Source: Fidelibacterota bacterium (lineage in GTDB: Bacteria > Fidelibacterota > Marinisomatia > Marinisomatales > Marinisomataceae). From it: a stretch of 64,000 nt of DNA. The stretch spans positions 864,001-928,000 of the forward strand of contig OZ243041.1 in the NCBI GenBank assembly GCA_965212055.1, given 5' to 3'. The translations under genes and the position numbers were made by a program. Under the pieces are notes generated by a model. It was not told the origin of the DNA and made no database searches. It saw only the letters and a program-made list of their open reading frames with translations. Shown piece after piece: positions 10,868 through 21,269 of the stretch; the stretch's first letter is position 1; each line of letters starts with the position of its first letter.

Positions 10868-11632
10868 CTAAGTAATATTAAAAAAGTTCATTGCATTGTT
10901 TGTAGTTTCTTGAGCGATTTTTTCAAGTGGTATATCCAGAAAATCTGACAAATATAGCGCAATATCACGAACACGTTTTGGTTCGTTTGGTTTACCTCTA
11001 AAAGACTGTGGACTTAAAAAAGGACAATCTGTCTCTAAAACAAAATCTTTTAAATCAATCTCTTGAATGGCGGAACGATTAATAGAATTCTTAAAAGTTA
11101 CATTCCCAGAAAAAGATAATAATATATCTAAATCAATTAGTTGCCGTGCAAAATTAATATCACTTGAAAAACAATGTGATAATGCTTTTTCAAATGAGTG
11201 TTGTTTTAAAATATCTAATATTTCCTTATCTGCATCACGATTATGAAAGATAATGGGCATTGAAAGTGATTCTGCTAGTTCCATTTGTTCTATCATTACC
11301 CTTTTCTGCACATCCGCTGGAGATAGGTTTCTATAGTGATCGATACCAATTTCTCCAACTGCAACTACTTTTTTACTATTTAATGCAAGTTCTTCAAGAG
11401 ATTTTAGGTAATTTTTTTCTACACTCTTTGAATCATGAGGATGAACACCGACAGCTGCATAAACACAATCATATTTATTGGCAATATCAACTGATTTCTT
11501 AGATGTGTTAACATCTGTACCAATACAAATAATCTTATTGACTTCATTTTTTTGTGCATCATCTAAAACATCATCTAATCTGTTATACATTGAATCATAA
11601 TATAGATGTGCATGTGTATCGATTAGTGTCAT
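10868..11632 (-). CDS. tatD: TatD family hydrolase
   Basis: DTHAHL, GVHPH, VGEIGID, ETDCPFLSP. Confidence 0.93.
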   Translation of the reverse strand: MTLIDTHAHLYYDSMYNRLDDVLDDAQKNEVNKIICIGTDVNTSKKSVDIANKYDCVYAAVGVHPHDSKSVEKNYLKSLEELALNSKKVVAVGEIGIDHYRNLSPADVQKRVMIEQMELAESLSMPIIFHNRDADKEILDILKQHSFEKALSHCFSSDINFARQLIDLDILLSFSGNVTFKNSINRSAIQEIDLKDFVLETDCPFLSPQSFRGKPNEPKRVRDIALYLSDFLDIPLEKIAQETTNNAMNFFNIT

Positions 11633-13107
11633 TCGACGATTCGTGGGAAAATAGGATTAGTTTTAGGAATTTTTTCTCCTGGTTTAAGATTGCCCCATTC
11701 TAATGAAGAAGAAGTAGATCCTAGTGCATTAAGTATTTCTTTACATTTCTCTGGCATTACAGGAGAAAGCATTACCGTGGCAATTCTTAAAGATTCAGCT
11801 GCATTATATAAAACATCTCCTGCTAATTCTTTATCGTTTTTAACAAGCTTCCATGGTTGATTTTTTTCCATATAGCCATTAATTGATCGAACAAAATCCA
11901 TAATATTTTGAAGAAGACGATCCATTTGAAAATTATCAAGTTTATCTTTGATATTGATATTATTGACCTTATTTGATAAATCATTTTTACTATTATTGGG
12001 AGAAGGAATAACGCTATCAAAATTTTTATTAATCAATGTAGAAACACGACTTACTAAATTTCCTAAATCATTTGCTAAATCACTATTATATCTCTTAATA
12101 AATGATTCCAGTGAGAATGTTGCATCTGAACCCAATACCATTTCACTCATTAAATAATATCGAACTGCATCAACGCCAAATTCATCCACTAACGTCAAAG
12201 GACTTACAACATTTCCCAATGATTTACTCATTTTTTCTTCATCTGTAAGCCACCAACCATGCGCAAAAATTGTTTTTGGTAACGGAATGTTTAATGACAT
12301 TAACATTGTAGGCCAATAAACAGAATGAGTAGTTAAAATATCTTTTCCAATTAAATGAACATCAGCAGGCCAAAGTTGTTTGAAATGTTTATCGTCCTCA
12401 GAATATTTGGGTGCAGAAATATAGTTAATCAATGCATCAAACCAAACATAGGTTACATAATCTTTATCAAATGGTATTTCGATACCCCATTCTAATCTGC
12501 TTTTCGGTCTTGAAATACATAAATCAGACAAATCTTGTTTTAAAAACCCTAATACTTCATTCTTTCTTGTAGTAGGTTGTATAAAATTTGTGTCTTTTTC
12601 AATTTTTTCGATTAGAGCATCTTTATATTTGCTCATTTTAAAAAAATAATTTCGTTCTTTAATTTTTTTAGCTTCTCTAAATAAACCACTATCTAATTCT
12701 TTATCTGTAATAAACCTTTCCTCAGCAACCGAATACCAACCTTCATATTCATCTTGATAGATATCTCCATTTTTATTGACTTCGTTTAGTATATGCTGAA
12801 CAATTTTAACATGTCGATCTTCTGTAGTACGAATAAAATCGGAATATTGAATATTCAGCTTGCTCCATAGCTCTAAAAAGGCCGGGGCCATCTTATCACA
12901 ATGATCTTTTGCACTTACACCATTTTTTTCTGCAGCTTGTTGAACCTTTAAACCGTGTTCATCTAACCCAGTTAAAAAAAAGCTTTCTTGTGAAACTAAT
13001 CTGCGAAATCTTGCCAAAGTATCTGCTAAAATAGTTGTATATGCATGTCCTATATGAGGTTTATCATTGACATAATAAATTGGAGTTGTTATGTAATAAC
13101 TTTTCAT
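11629..13107 (-). CDS. metG: methionine--tRNA ligase (short form, no C-terminal dimerisation domain)
   Basis: TTPIYYVNDKPHIGH, YVWFDAL, GKDI, KMSKS. Confidence 0.96.
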   Translation of the reverse strand: MKSYYITTPIYYVNDKPHIGHAYTTILADTLARFRRLVSQESFFLTGLDEHGLKVQQAAEKNGVSAKDHCDKMAPAFLELWSKLNIQYSDFIRTTEDRHVKIVQHILNEVNKNGDIYQDEYEGWYSVAEERFITDKELDSGLFREAKKIKERNYFFKMSKYKDALIEKIEKDTNFIQPTTRKNEVLGFLKQDLSDLCISRPKSRLEWGIEIPFDKDYVTYVWFDALINYISAPKYSEDDKHFKQLWPADVHLIGKDILTTHSVYWPTMLMSLNIPLPKTIFAHGWWLTDEEKMSKSLGNVVSPLTLVDEFGVDAVRYYLMSEMVLGSDATFSLESFIKRYNSDLANDLGNLVSRVSTLINKNFDSVIPSPNNSKNDLSNKVNNINIKDKLDNFQMDRLLQNIMDFVRSINGYMEKNQPWKLVKNDKELAGDVLYNAAESLRIATVMLSPVMPEKCKEILNALGSTSSSLEWGNLKPGEKIPKTNPIFPRIVE

Positions 13108-13110
13108 GAT

Positions 13111-14175
13111 TTAATTTAAATAGTTATGACTATTTATAACCATATTCATTAAAGATAATTTTGGTGAAGTATTTGACGCAATATTACCTAAAAAATATTC
13201 TATCTCTTTTGCAAGCATTATTAAATCACAATTATTATGATTATTCATAAAATCCTTACTAGCATTAGAAAAATCATCCCATTCAAATTTTGGTTCAATA
13301 GATTTTTTAATATGATCTGTATGTTCAAGCCATTTTTTAATTAAATGAAAGTTAAAGTAAAGTTTTTGTCGATTTGTATTGAAATTCAGTAACATTTCTT
13401 CACAAAATATTATAACAGCTTCTGAATTGTTGTATTCAATACATTTAATATACTTCTCAATCATATCTATAACGGAATCCCTTGAGTAATTATTAAAAAT
13501 ATCAATGAGACTTAAATCATTATCAGATAAAAATGATAATATTTCAAATTCAAAATCACCTGTTCTTTTTAAATAGGGTTCTAGGTTTGTATTACTAATT
13601 TTTGGAACATTGATTGATTGACAACGAGATTGGATGGTCGAAGGTAAATTTTTAATAAAATCTGTTACCAATATAAAAGAAGTATTTTGAGGAGGTTCTT
13701 CTAATATCTTTAATAAAGCATTCGCTGATTCAGCTGAACCGTGTGACAAATAATGTGCATCAAAAATAATAATAACTTTTTTACCATCACTTTTAAAAAA
13801 AATATTTTGTTTTAAATTTTTTAAAACAACCAAAGGTATATTTTGACTATCAGACAATTTAATTTTCTTTAATGGAAATAATAATTTTTCTCTCCAATAA
13901 TGGTTCCATTCTTGATATTCTTTCTGATCAATTTTACTACTTTTAAAAAGATTGAGATAAAAATCACTATTGCCAGGAATAACTAAAAAAATATTTGGGT
14001 TATTAATAAACTCATCAGGATCAAAACCTGTAAGCAAGCTACAGAACTGTAAAGCAAGCGCCTCTTTTCCTGAACCTTTTGGACCATGTAAGAGATAAGC
14101 ATTACTTACTTTGTTACTTTTAACAATAGTTTGAATTTTATCAGAAATGATAGGTTGTAAATTATCTATATCCAT
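13111..14175 (-). CDS. holB: DNA polymerase III subunit delta'
   Basis: AYLLHGPKGSGK, ANALLKILEEPP, TIQSRC; usual holB-metG-tatD-ksgA synteny. Confidence 0.85.
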   Translation of the reverse strand: MDIDNLQPIISDKIQTIVKSNKVSNAYLLHGPKGSGKEALALQFCSLLTGFDPDEFINNPNIFLVIPGNSDFYLNLFKSSKIDQKEYQEWNHYWREKLLFPLKKIKLSDSQNIPLVVLKNLKQNIFFKSDGKKVIIIFDAHYLSHGSAESANALLKILEEPPQNTSFILVTDFIKNLPSTIQSRCQSINVPKISNTNLEPYLKRTGDFEFEILSFLSDNDLSLIDIFNNYSRDSVIDMIEKYIKCIEYNNSEAVIIFCEEMLLNFNTNRQKLYFNFHLIKKWLEHTDHIKKSIEPKFEWDDFSNASKDFMNNHNNCDLIMLAKEIEYFLGNIASNTSPKLSLMNMVINSHNYLN

Positions 14176-15343
14176 CTTTTAACCATTCTTTTGGATTTAA
14201 CGTTTGATTGTTCCCCCAAATTTCAAAATGAACAACTTGACTCTCCTTAGAAATAAATCCAATCCTTTGTCCTTCTTTAACTAACATATTTTTTGTAACT
14301 AATAAATTATCTAAATGAGTAAATACTGTAAAATATCCATCATTATGATCTACAATAACTGTTGTTCCATAACCTGAAATAAATGTAATGGTTGTAACAA
14401 GACCATCAAATACTGATCTAACAGATGCATTTGGGTTTGCTGCAATATCAACCCCCGGATTATGAAGAGTTGTATTTAATTTTGGATTCCATTGCGGTCC
14501 AAAACCTTTAACTATTTTACCATCAACAGGCCAAATTAATTTACCTTTAAATTCTTTAATATTTGATCTTATCTTTTTAAGCTGATTTAGCTGTTCTGTA
14601 TCATATTGTTTTTTCTGTTCTAAAATTGTTTTTCTAAGCTGTTCTAACGCATTGATTTTAGTGTTCTGTTTGGTAATTTCTTCTTGAATTGACTGTTTTT
14701 CTTTTTGCAATTCAACTAAAAGTTTTTCTTGATATTTTTTCTTTTTATCTAATGAATTCAGTTCATTTTCTTTTGATTTTTTATCACTATCAGCGTTATT
14801 TAATAATTGTTTTATTTCTATTTTCTTTTTTTCATTGTAAAACTGAGTTGTTTTGAGTTTACCTAACATTTCTTGATTGATATTTGATAAAATATTATAA
14901 TATTTAATACGATATACTGCTTGACTAAAACTATTAGCAGTGAATATAGAATTATTCATTTTAGTATCTTTTTTCTTATAAATATTGATTGATCTTTCTT
15001 TATAATTACCCTTAATAGTTAAAATTTCTTTATTATTTTTATCAACTGCAGTTTGAAGATTAGTCAATTGCAAATTATAAAGATTAAGTTTTTTATTGTA
15101 CGCAGTAATTAAGTTTTTTGAATCTTTTATGTTTCTTTTTGTAATTGATAATAATTGGCTTGTTGTTTTTTCTTGAGATGTTACCTTTTGGATTTCTTCA
15201 TTATTTTTTTTGATGGATGCCTGTAATAATTGAATTTGTTTTTCTGTATCTTCTATTTCTTCTTCAAAATTTCTTTCTTGTGCAAATAAGAATCCAATTG
15301 AAAAAAGGAAAAAAACTAATAGAATTAATTTGTGTTTATTCAT
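14162..15343 (-). CDS. EnvC-like murein hydrolase activator (coiled coil + M23 domain)
   Basis: Signal peptide, long coiled coil, WPVDG...GVDI...GYG..VIVDH...HFE. Confidence 0.85.
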   Translation of the reverse strand: MNKHKLILLVFFLFSIGFLFAQERNFEEEIEDTEKQIQLLQASIKKNNEEIQKVTSQEKTTSQLLSITKRNIKDSKNLITAYNKKLNLYNLQLTNLQTAVDKNNKEILTIKGNYKERSINIYKKKDTKMNNSIFTANSFSQAVYRIKYYNILSNINQEMLGKLKTTQFYNEKKKIEIKQLLNNADSDKKSKENELNSLDKKKKYQEKLLVELQKEKQSIQEEITKQNTKINALEQLRKTILEQKKQYDTEQLNQLKKIRSNIKEFKGKLIWPVDGKIVKGFGPQWNPKLNTTLHNPGVDIAANPNASVRSVFDGLVTTITFISGYGTTVIVDHNDGYFTVFTHLDNLLVTKNMLVKEGQRIGFISKESQVVHFEIWGNNQTLNPKEWLKDGYR

Positions 15344-15373
15344 TTAAAGAAAATTAAAGCCTAAATTATAAAA

Positions 15374-15955
15374 ATGCTTAGAAACTTAATAACAATATTA
15401 CTAGTAAGTATTATCTATTCTCATTCAAAAGCATATGCACAAGATCAAGAAATCCTATTAATTGGAAACTGTGAAACAAGTTCAGCTGAAATTATGGTAG
15501 AGTATTTACAAAATAATACTCAAATCGATTTATCAGTAGAAACTAATATTGCAATCAATGAAAATAATATTGCATCCTACCCTATCATCTTTATTTGTAA
15601 TAACCAATATTTACAGTTGAGCAATCAACAAATCGATATTATGAAACAACATTTACAAAGAGGTGGGTTTCTCATTATTGACAATATTACTTCTGATTAT
15701 ACTTATTCACTTTTTCTTAGAAAATTATTACCTGGATTTGAAACAAATAATATTCAACCAGATTTGGTTTTTAACAATTTAGTTTTTGATTTAATATTTG
15801 ACGAATCACCCTTTATTTCTGAAAGTATTATTATAAATGATAAAATTGTTTTACTTGGGATAAAAAAATTTAGTCTTTTCAATGCATGGCTAGAAAAAGA
15901 TGAGAAATTTTTACAGTTAGGTACTAATATTATTTTTTATTATTTAACTAGATAA
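15374..15955 (+). CDS. DUF4159-like exported protein (divergent)
   Basis: Signal peptide; YPIIF, HLQRGGFLIID, LGTNIIFYYLT C-terminus. Confidence 0.65.
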   Translation: MLRNLITILLVSIIYSHSKAYAQDQEILLIGNCETSSAEIMVEYLQNNTQIDLSVETNIAINENNIASYPIIFICNNQYLQLSNQQIDIMKQHLQRGGFLIIDNITSDYTYSLFLRKLLPGFETNNIQPDLVFNNLVFDLIFDESPFISESIIINDKIVLLGIKKFSLFNAWLEKDEKFLQLGTNIIFYYLTR

Positions 15956-16378
15956 TTATATTTTTTCTTTCTCAGCTAAATATATTCTTTGTCTTAATTC
16001 GCTTGTAGAAAATCCATGATCTCTTGAGTTAAAAATACACTTAATAGGCAAATCGTGTCCTGTAAATTCTGTTCCTTCATGATCTGCACCAAGAATTCTC
16101 ACATCTGGCTTTATTTCTTTTAATAAATCTACTAGATCACTTTCTCTATCATATAATCTTATTTCATCAACATATCTTAAAGATTCTACAATACCAGCTC
16201 TCTCTTCATGGGATTGAATTGGTCTGTTTTTTTCAGAACGATCAAGAGATGGATCAGATTGAACTCCAACAATAAGATAATCACAGTAGTCTTTACATTC
16301 TTTAAACATCAAAACATGTCCATAATGGCATAGATCAAATGATCCAAAAGTAATACCCACAATTTTATTGTTCTTCAT
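15956..16378 (-). CDS. TagD-like glycerol-3-phosphate cytidylyltransferase family protein
   Basis: GSFDLCHYGH (HxGH), LIVGV, RDHGFSTSELR; start at MKNNK. Confidence 0.8.
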   Translation of the reverse strand: MKNNKIVGITFGSFDLCHYGHVLMFKECKDYCDYLIVGVQSDPSLDRSEKNRPIQSHEERAGIVESLRYVDEIRLYDRESDLVDLLKEIKPDVRILGADHEGTEFTGHDLPIKCIFNSRDHGFSTSELRQRIYLAEKEKI

Positions 16379-17147
16379 CTTTAACTTTTTCCCAATAACT
16401 ATCCAACTCTGATAGGGATAATTTATCAATTTCTTTTTTATCTTTTGTTATGAATTTTTCCATTGTTGTAAATCGTTTATAAAATTTTTTATTTGCCTTT
16501 TGCATCGCAACCTCCGCTGATACATTAAGAAATCTAGATAAATTCACAACTCCAATTAAAATATCGCCAAGTTCTTCTTCAATATTTTTTTGGTTATTGT
16601 CTTTTATCCCTAATTTTAATTCTTCTAGTTCTTCATAAATTTTATTAATTACATCTTGATAATTTTCCCATTCAAAACCAACAGAAGCTGCTTTATCTTG
16701 TAATCGTTCAGAGGACATTAGGGATGGCACGCTTTTAGGAATTCCATCAAGAATTGAATCTCTATTTTTTTCATTTTTTTTATTTAATTCCCAATTTCTT
16801 TTAATAGACTCAACATCTTTGCTGAGTAAATTTTTATCAAAAACATGTGGATGACGTTGTATTAATTTTTTATTGATTGAAACAATAACATCATTCATAG
16901 AAAATTCATCTTTTTCTTCCGCTAGCACTGCTTGAAACACAACATGAAGTAATAAATCGCCAAGTTCTTCTTTTAAATGTGATGAACTATTATCCATAAT
17001 TGATTCAGCTACTTCGTATGCTTCTTCTAGAAGATATGGAATTAACGTTTCAGAGGTTTGTTGTTTATCCCATTCACAACCATTGGGAGATCGTAATTTT
17101 TTTACAATGGTGACTAATTCACCTAATTTTTTATTGATTTTGTTCAT
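16365..17147 (-). CDS. mazG: nucleoside triphosphate pyrophosphohydrolase MazG
   Basis: LRSPNGCEWD, EEAYE, EELGDLLL, RHPHVF, second EELGD. Confidence 0.95.
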   Translation of the reverse strand: MNKINKKLGELVTIVKKLRSPNGCEWDKQQTSETLIPYLLEEAYEVAESIMDNSSSHLKEELGDLLLHVVFQAVLAEEKDEFSMNDVIVSINKKLIQRHPHVFDKNLLSKDVESIKRNWELNKKNEKNRDSILDGIPKSVPSLMSSERLQDKAASVGFEWENYQDVINKIYEELEELKLGIKDNNQKNIEEELGDILIGVVNLSRFLNVSAEVAMQKANKKFYKRFTTMEKFITKDKKEIDKLSLSELDSYWEKVKDEEQ

Positions 17148-17575
17148 AATACATTAATATTAGCAAACTCAGAAACAAGTTCTTCTTGTTTTTGAAACAT
17201 TATTTTCTTTGATTTTTTATCACGATCATTATAACCAAATAAATGTAGTAAGGCATGTATAATTAATCTGATTATTTCGTTATTTAGTGTAACATTGTTC
17301 TTTTTACTGTTCTCTTTTGCTCGATCAACACTAATATATATTTCTGCTTCTAATTTTGTATCGTTCTTAAAAGGAAATGCTAAAACATCTGTTAAAACAT
17401 CTTCATTAAAATATTTTATTTTTAATTTGTTCAATTGTGTGTCATCACAAAATATAAATGTGAGGGTTACATGTTCATAATTTTGAGTAGTTAAAATTTC
17501 TGAACATAAATGTTCAATAGATTTTGATTGATATGAAAAATCTTTCTGTAGATTATTAATCTTAAGATTTATCAT
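17144..17575 (-). CDS. ybeY: rRNA maturation endoribonuclease YbeY
   Basis: TDVLAF, HALLHLFGYND. Confidence 0.9.
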   Translation of the reverse strand: MINLKINNLQKDFSYQSKSIEHLCSEILTTQNYEHVTLTFIFCDDTQLNKLKIKYFNEDVLTDVLAFPFKNDTKLEAEIYISVDRAKENSKKNNVTLNNEIIRLIIHALLHLFGYNDRDKKSKKIMFQKQEELVSEFANINVL

Positions 17576-19865
17576 CTTCTTTTTTAGAAGGATACTCTGG
17601 TCTGGAATGATATAATCCTGACAACACAGGTATTAAACCATGTTTTCCATCAATAGTCCCTTTAATCTTGCTTAAATCATCTAATGTTAATGGACAATTA
17701 TCTAATTGACCATCCTGTAATAAGTTTTTAATGGATTGATCAATCATTGCATCAAATTTTTCAACCGTTGGATTGGTAATTGAATTTGCTTGTGCCTCGA
17801 TTGCTTCAGCAATCATTACAATAGCTGTTTCTTTTGTGGTAGGTTTCGGACCAGAATATCTAAATCTACCTTCATCCACATCATTATGATCCGAAGCTTG
17901 GTTTAATGCTTTTTGATAAAAATATTCTATTCGTTTTGTACCATGATGTGTTGCAATAAAATCTTTGACAATTGATGGCAATCCATACTCATCTGCAAGA
18001 AGCAAACCATCGCTAACATGCTGTTTGAGTATTTTTGCACTCATATTAGGAGTAATAGAATCATGCTTGTTCTCTCCTTGCTGATTTTCAGCATAATATT
18101 CTGGTTTCTTTAGTTTACCAATATCATGATAATATGCTCCTACGCGACATAATAAAGATCGAGCTCCCACTGCATTAGCAGACGACTCAGATAGTGTACC
18201 AACCTTGATACTATGTGTATGTGTTCCGGGTGCTTCCTCAATCAATTTCTTTTGTAATGGCTGATCATAATCAAGCAACTCAATTAAACTGTAATCGGTT
18301 GTAATCCCAAAAGCGGATTCAAATAAAGGTACAAGACCAAAAGATAAAATTGGAGAAAGAAAACTGGTTAATGCAAAAAATCCAATTTCAGAATAATTGT
18401 AATCAAGAAAATCAATTCCTTTAAATAACATCACAGAGAAAAATACAAATAAGGTAGAAAATACTAATAAAAACATGGTGGTAATAATTTGTCGACGTTT
18501 TCTTAGTCTTCTTACACTATAGATAGATATAAAAACAATAAAAAATTGCATTATAGTAAAATCAAGATTATTCCCAATTAACAGAGAAACTAATAAAATT
18601 AAAATGATGGAAACTAACATTGAAACTGATGCATCTAGCAGTACCGTGAGAAGCATTGATGCAATAACAATTGGTATAAAATAGACACTGGCTTGATAAT
18701 TCATTACTGCCCAACCAGTTAACATAATTGCATACATTATAATACTGATTAGAAATAACATTTTATGGTCTTTGAAATAGGATCTACGATAGATATATAG
18801 AAAAGAAAAAAGTAAGAATAATAGTATCGATACAACAAAATATGCTCCTAGATATTCTCTTAATTTATCGGTTGCTTTTTCATATCCTAATCGGCGACTA
18901 TACTCAAATTGCAAAGATTTTAATTTCAAAAGAACTGAATCTGTAATACGATTATTAGCATCAACAATTAATTCATTTGCAAGTACCGTACCTTGGAATC
19001 GAGATACTCGATCTAATTGATCTTTTTGATTTTTTTCAGTTAATTCTTTATCAAAGATAATATTGGGTTTTATAAATTCGTTAATTAATTCATATCCAAG
19101 CAATGATTCGATACTGGTTTCATCTTGATAAATTGCATTAATTTCTTCTTTATTTTTTTTCCAAGCTATTTCAATATCATTATAATTTTTTACTGGACCT
19201 ATTACCAGTTCTCCTCCGTGAATAATACTAATTTCATCACTGATAATATTAGATAAAGGTTCATCGAGTAACCCTTCAGCCCAACGATTTAAACAAATTT
19301 GTTTTATATTAGTCTTAAAAGAATCAAGATTGGTTGGCTCATCAATCAAATCCTCAGAGATACCTAATAATTGATTCCATTGCTGTTGATCAACTTGATA
19401 TGAATAACGGCCTAAAAATTCATTATATAAAGCAGAATAGGTAGTACTATCTGCAATAAAATTATTTTGAAATGTTTCAAATTCGGGTTCATAACGATAT
19501 TTATATAAAGAATCTTGAGAAATAATATACTGGGAATACGAAGTTCGAACATCATTTAAATAAATAAAAAATGTATCAAGTGTTACTAGTTGTTTATCGA
19601 CGGTTTCCTTATCTCTTTTAAAACTATATGACACTGATTTTTTTGCTTCTTCTAAATCATTATTTAGTTTTTGTTCTGTCTTTAAAATTCCAAAGTCAAA
19701 CGGAGCAATAATAGGTTCACGAGCAATATCATCTAACTGATAAGAATATCTAATGGAAAATCCTGTTGGAAATATTATAGAAATCAATATTGACAGAACA
19801 AAAAACATCAAAATTGGAAATTGATTTTCTTGAAAGAATTTTTTTAATTGATCAAATTGTGTCAT
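17562..19865 (-). CDS. 7TM-HD (HDIG) membrane phosphohydrolase, PgpH-like
   Basis: Large extracellular domain, 7 TM helices, APGT..HS, YHDIGK, THHGT; start at MTQF. Confidence 0.9.
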   Translation of the reverse strand: MTQFDQLKKFFQENQFPILMFFVLSILISIIFPTGFSIRYSYQLDDIAREPIIAPFDFGILKTEQKLNNDLEEAKKSVSYSFKRDKETVDKQLVTLDTFFIYLNDVRTSYSQYIISQDSLYKYRYEPEFETFQNNFIADSTTYSALYNEFLGRYSYQVDQQQWNQLLGISEDLIDEPTNLDSFKTNIKQICLNRWAEGLLDEPLSNIISDEISIIHGGELVIGPVKNYNDIEIAWKKNKEEINAIYQDETSIESLLGYELINEFIKPNIIFDKELTEKNQKDQLDRVSRFQGTVLANELIVDANNRITDSVLLKLKSLQFEYSRRLGYEKATDKLREYLGAYFVVSILLFLLFSFLYIYRRSYFKDHKMLFLISIIMYAIMLTGWAVMNYQASVYFIPIVIASMLLTVLLDASVSMLVSIILILLVSLLIGNNLDFTIMQFFIVFISIYSVRRLRKRRQIITTMFLLVFSTLFVFFSVMLFKGIDFLDYNYSEIGFFALTSFLSPILSFGLVPLFESAFGITTDYSLIELLDYDQPLQKKLIEEAPGTHTHSIKVGTLSESSANAVGARSLLCRVGAYYHDIGKLKKPEYYAENQQGENKHDSITPNMSAKILKQHVSDGLLLADEYGLPSIVKDFIATHHGTKRIEYFYQKALNQASDHNDVDEGRFRYSGPKPTTKETAIVMIAEAIEAQANSITNPTVEKFDAMIDQSIKNLLQDGQLDNCPLTLDDLSKIKGTIDGKHGLIPVLSGLYHSRPEYPSKKEDDKS

Positions 19866-19869
19866 GTAA

Positions 19870-20868
19870 TTACCAACGAATTGCAGCTGATGCCCATGTA
19901 TAGCCAGCGCCAAATGCAGTTAAAATAATAATATCCCCTTTGGTAAATTTCCCTTCCTCCAATGCTTCACACATTGCTATTGGGATAGTAGCTGCGGTCG
20001 TATTGCCATATTTGTGAATATTAACATACATCTTATCCATAGAGATACCCATACGTTTTGCAGATGTTTGTAAGATACGATAGTTTGCTTGGTGTGCAAT
20101 TACTAACTTGACATCCTCTAAAGATAAATTATTATGGTCTAGGGCACAATCAATTGCTTCTGGCATGCGTACTACAGCATTTTTAAATACTTCTCTTCCA
20201 TTCTGAACAGGAAGATGATGTCCTTGTGCTATGACTTCTGCATCAATACGATTTGGATAAAATATAGAGCCTGGCGCCTTTGCATGTAACATCTCTACTC
20301 CTTGACCATTTGCATAAGTATGTGTAGATAAAATACAACTTTCATCATCTGTGGGTTGCAAGACAGCTGCACCTGCACCATCACCAAATAAAACCCCAGT
20401 AGCTCTCCCTGCGGGAGTCTTATCAAGCAGACATGACATAACATCAGATCCAACTAATAGAATATTTTTATATTTTCCAGTTTGGATAAATTGATTACCA
20501 ATTTCTAATAGATATACAAACGCAGAACATGCTGCACTAATATCAAAAGCACTAATATTGGTTGTAATACCTAGTTTTTGTTGAATAATTGGTGCCATGC
20601 CTGGGAAATTATAATCAGAACTTACTGTACCGACAATAATAGCATCCAAATCATCTGGGGTTATTCCTGCATTTTTGATTGCTTTTTGACACGCTGGGAG
20701 TGCCATATCAGAATTAGGCATTCCTTCTTCAACCCATCGTCTTTCTTTAATACCGCTTCTAGCTTGAATCCACTCATCAGTAGTATCCATCATGTCTTCA
20801 AGATCATGATTTGTCACTACCCTATCTGGAACATTATATGCTATTCCTGCTATTTTTGCTTTATTCAT
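19870..20868 (-). CDS. fabH: 3-oxoacyl-ACP synthase III
   Basis: AACS catalytic Cys, FGDGAGA, HQANYRI, YGNT, FGAGYTW. Confidence 0.95.
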   Translation of the reverse strand: MNKAKIAGIAYNVPDRVVTNHDLEDMMDTTDEWIQARSGIKERRWVEEGMPNSDMALPACQKAIKNAGITPDDLDAIIVGTVSSDYNFPGMAPIIQQKLGITTNISAFDISAACSAFVYLLEIGNQFIQTGKYKNILLVGSDVMSCLLDKTPAGRATGVLFGDGAGAAVLQPTDDESCILSTHTYANGQGVEMLHAKAPGSIFYPNRIDAEVIAQGHHLPVQNGREVFKNAVVRMPEAIDCALDHNNLSLEDVKLVIAHQANYRILQTSAKRMGISMDKMYVNIHKYGNTTAATIPIAMCEALEEGKFTKGDIIILTAFGAGYTWASAAIRW

Positions 20869-20883
20869 ATATAATAATACTTG

Positions 20884-21225
20884 TGAGCTGATCTATAAGC
20901 CGGGTTTTGTACATCGTGATGATGCGATGATTATTCCTCTCGATCCTATATTGCTATAGGACTCTAGCAATCTACCCGTTCTTCAAATGATGCGAGTCAC
21001 ATCTCAGAACTACTTGATCTTGCACCTAGTGGGGTTTACAAGCTAACAATGTTACCATTGTTACTGGGGGTCTCTTACACCTCCGTTTCACCCTTACCAA
21101 AATGGCGGTCTATTCTCTGCTGCACTCTCCATATCCTCACGGATCCCACCTGTTAGGTGGCACTATACTCTTTGGTGCCCGGACTTTCCTCTCAAATAAC
21201 TTTGAGCAATCACCCAATCAGCTCA
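20884..21225 (-). ncRNA. rnpB: RNase P RNA, bacterial type A
   Basis: GAGGAAAGTCCGGGCA near 5' end, AAGGGTGAAACG, AAAACCCGGCTTATA near 3' end; ends TGAGCTGAT/ATCAGCTCA pair as P1. Confidence 0.96.
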
Positions 21226-21269
21226 TTTTGTGATAATAAGAGATACAACACTAATTAAAAAGCAAAAAA

